From: Okamejei kenojei
Lineage: Eukaryota
Length of the DNA stretch: 64,000 bases
Assembly: GCA_035221665.1 (NCBI GenBank)
Contig: CM069166.1
Coordinates: 9,486,001-9,550,000 of the forward strand
Direction of reading: 5' to 3'
This document shows positions 13,301 through 24,760 of this stretch, piece by piece; positions within the stretch are counted from its first letter, which is position 1; each line of letters begins with the position of its first letter. The notes below the pieces were generated by a model. That model ran no database searches and was not told the origin of the DNA. It saw only the letters and a list, made by a program, of their open reading frames with translations. The translations under genes and the position numbers were made by a program.

Positions 13301-13909
13301 GTATCTGCCTCAACGCAACAAGCAGGAGGAGGGCAGCCTGCAGAGGAGTCCTTTTGTTTATCTTTAACTGCGACACGTCAAATTTAAGCTTCACTCACAA
13401 CAATTTAACAAGTGGTATGTTATTAAAAATGGACTAAGTTACTGTCATCCATCTGCCTCGTGTTGCCTTCCGTCTTTCCCAAGGCACAAATTAATGCAGG
13501 ATTCCTTGCCTGGGGGTTTGACGGCAGGCGGCCAAATGGATCTGGAGCAAGCTGTGGCCCCGGCTACATTAGTGCCACAAACATCAGCGCCCTCTTGGCA
13601 CTGCGGCTCTCCTCGACAGGACTGTGGCACGTGACTGCTTCTAGACTATACAACATTAATCAAGGCTAAGCTGTTCTGCGCGACATTCTAATTGTATGAG
13701 GTGAATGCAGAATTACTCTATAAGGAAACCCACGTAAGGCAGATACTTTCATTACTACACAGGGACTTAAACGTTCAAAGGCAAAGAAGAACCTTTCCAA
13801 ACTTCACTAAACTAGAACATAAAAAATAATGGCATGTGCCTTGGAGAGAGACTGCGCTTGTTGATCTGACCCCATCTACCCAGGTTTCTACACAGGCAGC
13901 AGATTCAAC

Positions 13910-14054
13910 CTATTTCTCAGGCTCAGCAGACGTGGAGATCTCTTCGCGAACAGCCTCCACCTTCGGGAAGTTCACGTCCAGGATGTGTCGCTGAAGGTGT
14001 CTCACCCATTCTTCCTGAATTGAGAGAGGCCCATGGAACTCCACATCACAAAAC
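13910..14054 (-). CDS. WIZ: WIZ last coding exon (exon 10): C-terminal zinc finger
   Basis: aag|G TTT TGT...; (R)FCDVEFHGPLSIQEEWVRHLQRHILDVNFPK...EPEK*, matching the WIZ C-terminal finger known to bind G9a/GLP. Confidence 0.95.
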
Positions 14055-14355
14055 CTTTTGGGAAGGAAAGATGCCAATGTTAATCTAATCAACTCACGAC
14101 TTGCCTGAAATGTTATCACACCATCCCATCCAGCAACCGCATCTCAACCCATTCACACCCAAAAGTGCTGTTCTGCAACACTATTGCCACAGCAGAAAGG
14201 TGTCACCAGTTCAATATCCTGGAATTCTTGCCATAACACCATTAGGTTTAAGGATGTTCTGAGAGTTAGAGATGAGCAAAAAACAAAACTCACCCAAGCC
14301 CAAATTTCATGGACCAATGGTTAAACGCATTTCACTGTGAAGGCAGAGCACTCAC

Positions 14356-14560
14356 CTGCATTTCAGAGTATAGATGTTTCCTATAAACTTCACCAGTGAG
14401 AGCGGCTCAGGTTTCAGGACTGGAAAGATCACAGGCCTGACTCGGAGAGGTTTGGGTTCCTCTGACTTTGACCTGAATGTCTTTGCCTCTTTCCCCTCCT
14501 CTCGTTTCGGTGACAAGTTCTCTGTGTATACCGCTGGCTTTTGTTGCTTACGCTCATTGT
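14356..14560 (-). CDS. WIZ: WIZ exon 9
   Basis: cag|AC...TGC AG|gtgag; 205 nt, phase 1->2; ...LRVRPVIFPVLKPEPLSLVKFIGNIYTLKC(R), the WIZ 'SLVKF.GNIYTLKCR' motif. Confidence 0.93.
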
Positions 14561-15802
14561 CTGAACACGAAAGATAAACCGTTAGCTTATCATCATATTG
14601 AATACATAAACATTATATCCATTAAACCTTATGGGGAAACCTTATGGTTTCAAAAATAATTTCAGATATGGTAAACCTGCCTGTACACTTAAACCCTCCA
14701 AAGATCACTGCTTAACGAGCACTACATTACTCCCATGCCGTGGTTTATAGAGTTAAATATTTTCCAGTATGAAAGGCACTTAGGCACTTTGAAAGAAGTT
14801 CTAATTAAGAACAGTATGTTGACAAATATCTGATTCCATACCAATGGCCAAATGAAAAGACAAAATTATTCGAGCATCTGTGGGGACTTTTGTGCAGGGG
14901 GGAAATCGTTTAACTACAACAGCAATCCAACTACAATTCCAATGCAAGCTATATTCAATCTAATTGTGCAGAAAAATATCAAGTTATTAGATTTCAGCTA
15001 TACTGAATGGTCATATCTATTGCAGAGTTTTGGATGGGGGAAAATAGTAACATTATTAGAATATTTACTTTTTATTTTTAAGACATAAAATTCTGGTTAA
15101 TGCAAGTGGTAATTTAGAGGGTTTAACTGCTTCTACTGGACAGGACCGACAATTACTCCACATGTGCCAGGAATCAAGCAGGTATAACAGTAATGCCATT
15201 TATCAGAAAAGTGTTCCCACAACACACATTCAGATTTAGTGCCAAATGAATTCTTTACAGTTACACTCTTTAAAAGGACAGAGGGAGTCAGTACAATCCA
15301 TTTCTTCTACTCTCCTAACTGTTAACCAACCTTTCTCTGAATTCGTTGGAATCTGAAAATTGCGCTTGTGAGGTGAGTCACCAAACCGCATGCAAACGGG
15401 GCTTGATTTCAATCTTATACCGGATTAACTTACTTACACATTACAATGAATTAAGCACCTTGGCTCCGTTTCTATACAGAAAAAGAGTGCAAGAACAAAA
15501 GGCACAATAAATACAATCCACTCACGTGCAAATTAAAACAAAAACTTACATACATAAGCAAGCAAAAGCTGCATCTAGTCCCTGAACTTCTAGGGTTAGG
15601 CTTTGCATTCTCAAGCACGTCATGGAATAGACGCGTAACTTCATTAGTGGGGACCAACTTCGTGTCTGGATTACAGCATGTATCATCACACACAGTTTCC
15701 TTTCACAGTGCAATTGCAATTTAAAAAGCTTTCTCTTCGGCACTGTCAAAGTTCACATTTAGTTTCTTTTTGGTTAAGTTATACAAAGCCAAAGGATCTC
15801 AC

Positions 15803-15976
15803 ATGTGTCGGTGAGTGCAGGTTCAGCCTTTTCGTGGAGTTCCTCAAACTGAGACAGACTCGGTAACTTCCTTTTCAATCCAGATTTCAGATGGCCACGC
15901 ATATGGTTGGAGAGGCCTACACCCGTGGTTAGTGTCACTCCACAATACTCACAGGTTCCTAACTTGACTGGGTGCT
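15803..15976 (-). CDS. WIZ: WIZ exon 8: additional C2H2 zinc finger
   Basis: cag|AG...ACA T|gtgag; 174 nt, phase 1->1, open frame HPVKLGTCEYCGVTLTTGVGLSNHMRGHLKSGLKRKLP...; C-x2-C-x12-H-x3-H spacing. Confidence 0.85.
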
Positions 15977-16782
15977 CTGTTGTCCAAAATGAAATTAAGA
16001 TTCAGTTACCACCCTGCCTTCCACAGTTTAATTCCTAATTTAATTTGAGGTTCTGGCAGGTCTCAGCCTAGTTCCTAGTGGACAAGAGCCCACAGCACTT
16101 CAAAGGCTCATTAATTTAGCAATGATTGTCTGCAGATTTCTTTTAGCGGATGGTGTGTGAAATGGAAATAGATATTAACACATACCACTTGGGGCTGCTC
16201 TTGGGAGTTAAGATGGTTGACACCTTGGGGAACGCAGGCAAGGAGAGAGAGCTAGTGGGCGCTCTGCATCACGGGCGAGACCCTCTCTGACTAGGGAGCT
16301 CTCAACGACTGCAAAGCAGAAAAATGCTCCACTTTCACTCGCATCTCTCACACACACACACACTCGCACATTCATTCCTCATCCGTGCATCATGCCAGAT
16401 ATTTGGAATGGGAAAAAGATGCAAAGTAAAGGAAGCCCCAGAGCCCATTCAACCATCAGCATTTAGTCCACTCAACGATCAGCATTTTCTATTGAACAAT
16501 TATTTCCTTCCAACTTGTCAATGTTCTTCAATGCACTTTTTTGTTTTAAAATACGGCTAGATTAAATCTGGGCACAAGGTTAACATTCAAATATTTTGAT
16601 CCAGTCTTCGTCTTATTATTTGAGAAATTAATAGATTCAAACCAATAGAAGTGCTGGATTCTGAAAGGTTTGAAAATTGAAAAGACCCCGTAACTAGAGA
16701 AAGGATTAATAATGTCAGCATGCATGGATATTTTACAATCATTTAGCACAGGGGCCTATATCTGTTAATTGGTACTTGTTTT

Positions 16783-16878
16783 AGAAAGAGCTGCAGTTGC
16801 TGGTTTAAATCGAAGATAGACACAAAATGGTGGAGTAACTCAGCGGGACAGGCAGCATCTCTGGAGCGAAGGAATGGT
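16783..16878 (-). mobile_element. Penelope terminal-repeat fragment
   Basis: Same GACACAAAATG.TGGAGTAACTCAGCGGGACAGGCAGCATCTCTGGAG arm as other copies. Confidence 0.75.
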
Positions 16879-17197
16879 ATTGTTTCTCAGCTACAATACA
16901 AACCCATTCACTCTACTGGAATGAGCTTACAGCTCATGCATACAGGTCCCACCCACCCAAGTTTGGCAACACATAGAGTAGTCCCCCTACCCTGCCCACA
17001 GATGGCCCACCTTAGTGCAGCACCTTTTGATCCTGCCCCAACCAGAAAGTCCCATTACATTCTCATTTTACCCCCAGAATTTCCATAATGGGTAGACCTC
17101 AACATACATAGCACCGCTAATGTTACAAAGACATCCGTAAGCATTTTACAGGAGAGTTACCAAATACAAAAATGATACCAAGCCAAGTAAGGAGAAA

Positions 17198-17367
17198 GGA
17201 CACAAAATGCTGGAGTAACTCAGCGGGTCAGGTAGCATCTCTGGAGAGAAGGAGTAGGTGAAGGAGTCTGAAGAAGGGTTCCGACCCGAAACATCACCTA
17301 CTGCTTTTCACCAGAGATGCTGCCTGACCTGTTGAGTTACTCCAGCATCTGCAGTTCCTTCCTACAC
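17198..17367. mobile_element. Partly palindromic Penelope terminal-repeat element with + strand hammerhead core (17268-17295)
   Basis: TGCTGGAGTAACTCA...TGAGTTACTCCAGCA arms; CTGAAGAAGGGTTCCGACCCGAAACATC. Confidence 0.85.
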
Positions 17368-17544
17368 AGGAAGAAAAGGACAGCAGCCAATCCAAGTCAA
17401 TCCAAATGGCAGAACGCAAGGAATGCCTCGGTGCAAAGTTGCAAAGTTCTGAAGCAAAGTTGAATGATTTGGAATTCCAGAAGTTAGGGCCTCAGCGTTG
17501 ACGGTGTAGCTTTAAATTGTGCAGCAATTACATTTGGGAATAAA

Positions 17545-17870
17545 GAGGAACGCAGCAGAAAATGGGCAGCTGGAGGAACTCAGCGGGTCAGGCAGCATTT
17601 GTGGTGGGAAATAGATTGGTGGCATTTCAGGTTGAGACTACTCATCTGGACTGAAAGAGGTGAGATGGTCGTATAAAGACGTGAGACAAATCTGTGATCT
17701 CCTGTCTCCACTTGAATGATCCAAGACTATATGGTGCTAAAGGGCCATCGGAAAGTTAGGATTTGTCAAGAGTCTGAAGCCTGGACCTGACCCAAAACAT
17801 CACCTAGCTATGTTCTACAGGATGCTGCCCGACCCACTGAGTCACTTCAGCATTTTGCATTTTTCCCAGG
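17545..17870. mobile_element. Degenerate inverted Penelope terminal-repeat pair
   Basis: Diverged arms at about 17545-17650 and 17770-17865; hammerhead core decayed. Confidence 0.6.
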
Positions 17871-17889
17871 ATTTGTCAAGCCCTGGAAG

Positions 17890-18435
17890 AGATTTAAAAA
17901 AATGGGAGCCAAGTGGGTAAGCAAGTTCAATGGGATGATGTGAAGAAGGTTACAGACACCTTAAGCTTGGGCCGAGTTGAAAGAGTGGCCAAGCATGCAC
18001 TGGAATTGTTGAGTCTGGAGATAACAGTCATAAGACTTCAGATGCGTAAGACTACAGCAGCACACAGCAACATTACCAGAGTTGAAATACAGGTACTGGA
18101 ATGGCAGCACTTGGCTTGAAACACTACTGTGGGTCATATACTAAACCAAAGTGGCAAATGGCCGTGTTCACTTTCAGATGAATGTCCGGGAGAGGGAAGG
18201 AGTCAACAGCTAAGAAACGGAAGCATGGCTTCCCAATATTTACTTGAAAAAAATTCCAGCCACGGATTCTGACAAACTCTGATAGTTTAGAAACAGTATA
18301 ACGGTGCCGGGGAGAACAACACTTGGGCCATGTGTTTGCAAGTAAAAATTAAAATCGTGATTTTCGATGACATCACCAAAGGGTAATGTACAAATAATAA
18401 GGGAATGGTGGCAAAATACATTGAGGACACCAAAG
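17890..18435 (-). mobile_element. Old L2/CR1-group LINE RT fragment, interrupted by the hAT element
   Basis: Minus-strand FGVLNVF...IICTLPFGDVIENHDFNFY resembles the L2 'GVPQGS..LF.IYMLPLGDII..H...F' segment. Confidence 0.55.
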
Positions 18436-19494
18436 CAGGCACGTGCCGTCAGGGTAGGCAAGGTAGGCACTGCCTACCCTGACTAAAATTATGAAATGGC
18501 AATTATTAAATATAAATAGTAAAGGCATGGGAGAATTATGCCTATCTAAGAGATGGATCTCTTAGATAGGCATAATTATCCGTGCCTTTCATCCGCAGCG
18601 CTTGTAACACGGGAAGGGCTCAGCAGCCCATGTGCCGTCAGCGCTGCCTGAGCCGTCAGTTTCAAGGGAAGCTGAAAGCAGCAGAAATACTGCCTTTGCA
18701 GTACTGCGCAGGCGCAGCAGTATACTGCGCATGCCCAGCGCGAGTTTCTTGGCGGGATTTTTGATTTTTAAAATAATGAATAATGAATTGCCATTATTTT
18801 AATAGTTTCTCAGGAAACAAAGAGTGAAGAATGGACTTAATCTATCAATAACGTGGTAAGTGCATTTCTTGGTGCTTTATGTTTTTAAATACTGTATTTC
18901 CCGGGGTGGGGGGAGAGCTCCGTTCACAGTGTTTGGGGAGTCTGGCGTTGTGAAGGAGGGGATTGGGGTCAGTAACCCACTTGCCACACTCCGGTCTGAA
19001 TGCAGGTAGAAGGGACTAGGTGGGAGTAAGTGTTTGGCACGGAGTAAAAGGGCCGAGATGGCCTGTTTCCATGCTGTAATTGCTATATGGTTTTATTGTG
19101 ACCGGGGAGTGAATTAGCTTGGGCGGCCCCCCTCCTTTTCAACACTCCTGCCCTCCCCGCATCATTAACCCCTGGCACAGACTCTCCACACGCTGTGAAA
19201 TGAATTTTCCCTCCAAATGGACCCTTGAATTAGTATTGTCATTCAATAAGATGACAATTGATTTGACGTCCCAGTGTGCTCCCGTTTTTCCCACCATCTC
19301 TCCACCTGCCTTCATCCTCCGCCCCCCCACCCATTCAGTGATTAGAAAATGAAGGAGATTGAGAAGCCTTGGTAAAATTGAATTGTTACTTATTTTTTAC
19401 GAAGAGAACAATCTGCGCATGCGTGGTTTAAGATTTTTTTAAAAAAAAGCCGGCTGACTGCTTACCCCGAGTAATTACTCACGGCACGTGCCTG
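18436..19494. mobile_element. Non-autonomous hAT-type DNA transposon (1059 bp)
   Basis: Perfect 14-bp TIR CAGGCACGTGCCGT (18436-18449 / 19481-19494) and perfect 8-bp TSD CACCAAAG (18428-18435 / 19495-19502); no transposase ORF. Confidence 0.9.
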
Positions 19495-19552
19495 CACCAA
19501 AGGCAGTATTGCCCAGAATGGGAAGGGAAACTATCACTGGAATCTTGCATTA

Positions 19553-19710
19553 AGCACAAAGTGGTGGAGTAACTCAGTAGTTCAGGCAGCATTTCTGAAT
19601 GAGGCAGATCGGCAACATTGAGTTGGGTCTGAAGAAGACTCCCGACCAGAAACATCATCTATTCATATTCTCCAGAGTAGCTGTCTGAGTTACTCCAGCA
19701 CTTTATGTTC
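19553..19710. mobile_element. Degenerate palindromic Penelope terminal-repeat element
   Basis: TGGAGTAACTCAG / CTGAGTTACTCCA arms; CTGAAGA at 19629 and GAAACATC with broken stem II. Confidence 0.7.
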
Positions 19711-21703
19711 TGCATTAATTGTGGTTCTCTGAATGACATTAGTATGATTAGACACATACCTGAACCACAGTGCTGCTCTTCAACCTTGAATTTTTACTGG
19801 AGTGCAGCTCCTTCCCTATAGTAGCCCACTAAAGTCTAGCACATCCCCTTTGTGCATTCACAACAACAATCTGGAAGCCAGTCAGATTCTCAACTCCAAC
19901 ATAAGAGTATTTGGGCTATGTTCTTGGCCAGTTTAAAATCCCCAACCAGAACATTCTGTGGTTCAATGAAATCTCAGACCTCAACTGAAATCACAACCAG
20001 TGACTACTTTCCATTTGTGGTAAGGAGATCTCAAGATCAGTGCTTGACATGAGATACAAGCCATTTTAAAAGCAACACCCATTGTGATAGATATATGTCA
20101 GAGCAAAACCTTGCAAGCCATGAATAAACACAGCTATGATGCACTGCCTCAACTCACTACTTTGTTTCAATATTTAAAGAGATATCATGTTTCCTTGTAG
20201 CATTGGCTTAAACAGACTAAACTTCTGTGGCAGTACCCAGCTTTTCTAATGTACAGATTAAAAGCAAATATCAGCATGGGCAAATTTCAGCTTCAAATTT
20301 TCGCTCATTTAAAATCGTAGGAGGCAGTAACTAAAATATTGAAAGGTATTTTGGAATACACCAAGTTCCCTCCCCTCACCTCCATTCCATGCAGTTCAAA
20401 TTCAGGCATCTGCTGAGGAAATTTTTCTCAGCGATGGGACTATCAATTCAATGACACAATTAAAAAGTCAAAAGCTAATCCACTGATATACAAGCAAAGC
20501 TGCAGCTCACAACCAGGACCACAGGTTATAAATTGATCGGTTTTGTTGTATTTTGTGGGGAGGGCTTACACAAAGTATTGCTGCTAACTCAAATGTTGTA
20601 GAAAATTTGTTAAAACATTAAAATAATTACTCCTGCCACTCTTATCCAATCAGTTCCAGTAAGAAAGTTTTAGACCAGGTAATATTCATTTTGGTAGCAG
20701 GGTATGAAGATATTTTAAACAAACAAACTTAAGAAAGCAGCATGAGTAATGAACAATTACAAGTAAGTAGCAAAGCGGAGGATGACCGAATGTTTAGTGC
20801 AGAAGGCAACAGCTTATTTTCTGGGTGAGAAATTGCATTTGAAACAGTTCACCTGAAACAAGAATGAATCATTTCCACAATGGCGAATTCCTAAACATAT
20901 AGCACGTAGAGCAGTACCTCACAGGAAGAAGCCATTTAACCAATAATGCCCATGCTGATCATGATACCAAGTTAAACTAATCTCTGCTTGCAAGTGATTC
21001 ATATCCCTCCATATCCATGTCCGTATCTAAAAACCTCTTAAACACCACTTTTGTATCCACCTCCACCTCTGTTTAAGAAAAACTAGCCCCTGCACACTTT
21101 TAAACTTTGCCCTTCTGGACTTAAATCTATGTCCTCAAGGCTGTGACATTTTCGCCTACTCTATCATAATTTTACGTACTTCCATCAGGTCTTAATGGAT
21201 CCACAGGGAAATGCAGCAGACTGAATCGGAAAGTGTGAGCAAGTATCCGGTGCCACTAATAAACGGTAACTTGAGCCACAGTGTCTGGACTTGTGATCAG
21301 AGAGAAGCAATCTCATTTGTATTATGTCAGAAATCATCTTGTTGAAACTACCACCTATGGACTGCTAACAACTGGCTGACAAGCTGCTAAGAAATCACTG
21401 CATTACTGCAAATATTATTCACATACTTTATATTAATAAAGGTCATTGCAGTTTTAATAAATTCCACCCACTTCCAAACTCTGAACTTCATTGCTTGGAA
21501 TTTTCTATTTGAAACCAGAACTTATTTAAATAGCCGGAGGGGGAAACATTAAAAGTCAGTAAGGTGAAGGTTGCCAAACCAGAAGGGAAGCATTAACTCT
21601 TTTTCTCTCCACAGATGCGACATAGTTTTATTATTAAATCAATGAAAGAAAGAGGGCGAGACAAGTACATGGATGATTTTACAACAAGGGCAAGATCTTT
21701 TAA

Positions 21704-22131
21704 AGGGCCTGTCCCACTTGGGCGACCTAATCCGCGAGTTCTGGCGAGTTTTCCCTCGATTCATACTCGCTGCATGGTCGACACGAGGTCGTAAGAGGTC
21801 TTCGTAACTCTCCTTCATGCTCGAGAGTGGTCTCCGTGTACTCGAGGCCTCAGCTAGGTCACGGCGTTTTTTCAATATGTTAAAAAATGCCCGCGAGTAA
21901 AAAAAGGTCTCCATGGAAAAAAATCGATACTTTTTGTTACTCGTAGGTTTAGTCGTAGTAGATCGGCATGTTAGTCGTGGGTAATAGAGGGTAGTCTAAG
22001 GTAGTCGTAGATAGTCTTCATCATAGTCAAATGAGGTCGAAGGAGGTCGTCTTCACTCTCCACTATTCGGTGTCCAATTTTCCCGAAGTTAGTCGCAGCT
22101 GGTCCCCAATTTTCCCGAAGTAGGTCGCCCA
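21704..22131. mobile_element. CpG-rich MITE-like element, possibly Harbinger-type, right terminus truncated
   Basis: Starts (TAA)AGGGCCTGTCCCACTTGGGCGACCTA; inner 11 bp mirrored as TAGGTCGCCCA at 22121-22131; abrupt compositional shift; GTCGTAG subrepeats. Confidence 0.6.
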
Positions 22132-24539
22132 GCACAAAGCAAAATGAAGGCAAACAAAACTCTACATTTCAGCTTCTTTCATTGTTGATATGAGGATACT
22201 CATCTCAAGTATGGGTTTTTAGTTAATTTGCTGGAGATAATTCCAGGTTGCAGAGACGTGGTTAATTACAGCTTCAGTGCAGGAACTAATAGAGTTATTA
22301 AATGCAGTGTTGTTGAAACAGTCATGCAATCAAGAATAATGCCTAACACTAAAGAAATCTCTGGAGCATCTGCGCAGTCCTCCAATCTTCAAGGAAATAA
22401 ATCTTGCACATCATAAATATTTGTGGCCATGCTGCTGACCAAGTTATAGATCTAAACAAGAGCCACATTAAATGGTGAACTTCCATCAAATCAAAATGAA
22501 GAGTCTCTGACTATAAAAGTAGAGGTTAGCTTACCTTCAATTATGGACAAATATTTTTATGAATTTAAATTTTGAATGATGACATTTTTTGATACTTTTA
22601 TGCATTCTTGGGTCAAAACTTTTATCCTTCCAACTTATATCACTATTTATCTTACTTGAGAACGTGCACTAAATTAAATAGCTTTTTAGCGTAGATTTCC
22701 TTGCAATATTAGTTTTTGTACTTTTTTTTAACCTTTTACTTGCATGAATTAAAATGTTTACTGGGTTTTATCCCTCAAGTTTCTTTTAGAATGGAAAGTG
22801 TCAACGAATTAGAAACTCAAAGGTTAGAAATACTGCTGGAATATTTAATATTTAAAAATGCCTTAATTATGATTTCCCATTCCTCACTTCTAGTCTTGCT
22901 ATTACCTTTCATAGCTTTTGACAATTCATAGAATTTAGCAAATTTAGTGAAGTGTTTGGTGTGGGGAAAAAAATGTATACTGATTTTTTGTTTGATCAAT
23001 CATCTCCCAAGCATCAATGGCAGAACTGGAAACCCAAAATGAAAAGTAGGAATTTTCTCCAGGTGCTCTCAAACAAAAGTAATTTAGGCCTGCAAAAATA
23101 CTTGCATAATACCAAGTAAATGAGTATTGTTGTTTTATTCAATTAATCTGACATCAGCACCTGAACCTTCTGAACAGGTATAGATTAAGAGTTTGATAAA
23201 TCATTTTGGCTGCTATTAACGGATGCAGCCGGTTCCTCTTATTATTTTATTGTTGCTTCACTCCTATCCAAATTTAGTCGTTAGTCTGAACAAGTCTACT
23301 GACTCCTGAGTGCAAAGTCCACATTTTCAACACCAGAGGGCTGAAGATTTACCTGAATATTAACCGACCGTGATCTTTTAATGTTTAAAGCTAGCTTTAC
23401 ATAAAATGAGAGAGCCAGAAAAAAATTCAAATTTCACATGGGTACCTCCATGAAGTAAAGATTAAAGCTTGTTCTGGTCACTAATTCTTCTGCTATTTTC
23501 CACTGTTCACTTCAACCATTCATCTCACGTTGACAAACTTTCTAACCTTAATCAGCAAGGTGGATAAAGAGGTGTCTCCTCGCAGTAACTAACTATCTGT
23601 GCTTATGCTAGAAAGAAACACGATGAGGAAATATCTATAATGATACTCCCAACCATTCCATGGGGATTAATAACTAACTTATATCATATGGAAAATAACC
23701 ATAGTCAGAGTCATACCCTTTGGCCCAACTTGCCCATTCTGACCAAGCTGCCCCCAACTAGTGCCACCTGCCCGCGTTTGGCCCATATCTCTCCAAGCAT
23801 TTCCTATCCACGTACCTGTCCAAATGTCTTTTAAATATTGTTATAGTACTTGCCTCAACTACTCTCTTCTGGCTGCTGGTTGCATTTACCCACCACCCTC
23901 TACGTGAAAACAACCACTTGGAACATAGCAGATAAATATCAGCCAGTAATAGCTTAACTACAATCCAAAAATGAAGAAAGACATGGTGGGGGAGTTAGAA
24001 TACGCTTAGATTGACATCTAATTTGGAAAAGTTATTAGAATATGCATATCAGCACTGAAATACAAAGCACTTGCAGAAATTTAGGTAAATTAAAGACATA
24101 AGCCAGGGTCGATCAGTAGGGCATTCCAAATAACAATAATAAAAAGTGAGGAGCCAAATTGTGACATGGAGTTGTTCATTAATTTATTCTTGACTAAGTT
24201 CTAGAAAGGTTAGAATCTACTGAGTTAAAATAATGTTTGTATTTGAAGGTATATAATCAATCAATTTAGGTGGATGGTTAGGCAATATAAGGCAGACTGC
24301 AGGGACAGTGGGTATAGAATCAAAGTGAACGTTTACAGGGAGAATGGGATTGGGGAGGGGGTGGGGGGGAAAAAGATCAGCCATCACCAAATGGTGGAGC
24401 ATGTTCGATGGGCTGAAAGGCCTTTCTCTGCTCCTATGTCTTATGGAAAGTGACTAGTGGAATTTTAAAAGACTACTTGGCAATTCCACTTATTAATGAT
24501 TGGGATAATATATTAGAGAACCAAACATCAAAGTTTGCT

Positions 24540-24760
24540 AGGGTTACGCAAAAAGCTGGAGAAACTCAGCGGGTGCAGCAGCATCTAAGAGGCGAAGGAG
24601 ATAGGCGACGTTTCGGGTCGAGACCCTTCTTCAGACTGAAGAAGGGTCTCGACCCGAAACGTCGCCTATCTCCTTCGCCTCTTAGATGCTGCTGCACCCG
24701 CTGAGTTTCTCCAGCTTTTTGTGTAACCCTCGATTCTCCAGCATCTGCAGTTTCTGCGTT
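24540..24760. mobile_element. Palindromic Penelope terminal-repeat element, hammerhead core on both strands
   Basis: 95-bp arms (24540-24634 / 24636-24730) with one mismatch, ~30-nt unpaired tail, imperfect flanking duplication AACATCA(AA)GTTTGCTA. Confidence 0.9.

Noticed and set aside
12203-13669. Cluster of 60-90 aa ORFs downstream of the WIZ stop
   Set aside because: No recognisable domains or consistent splice structure; expected by chance in a moderately GC-rich 3' UTR.
24540-24730. Pre-miRNA or DNA-transposon MITE interpretation of the long hairpin
   Set aside because: Arms match the Penelope 3' terminal repeat at 58100-58200, there is an asymmetric tail, and duplications are long and variable rather than fixed-length.
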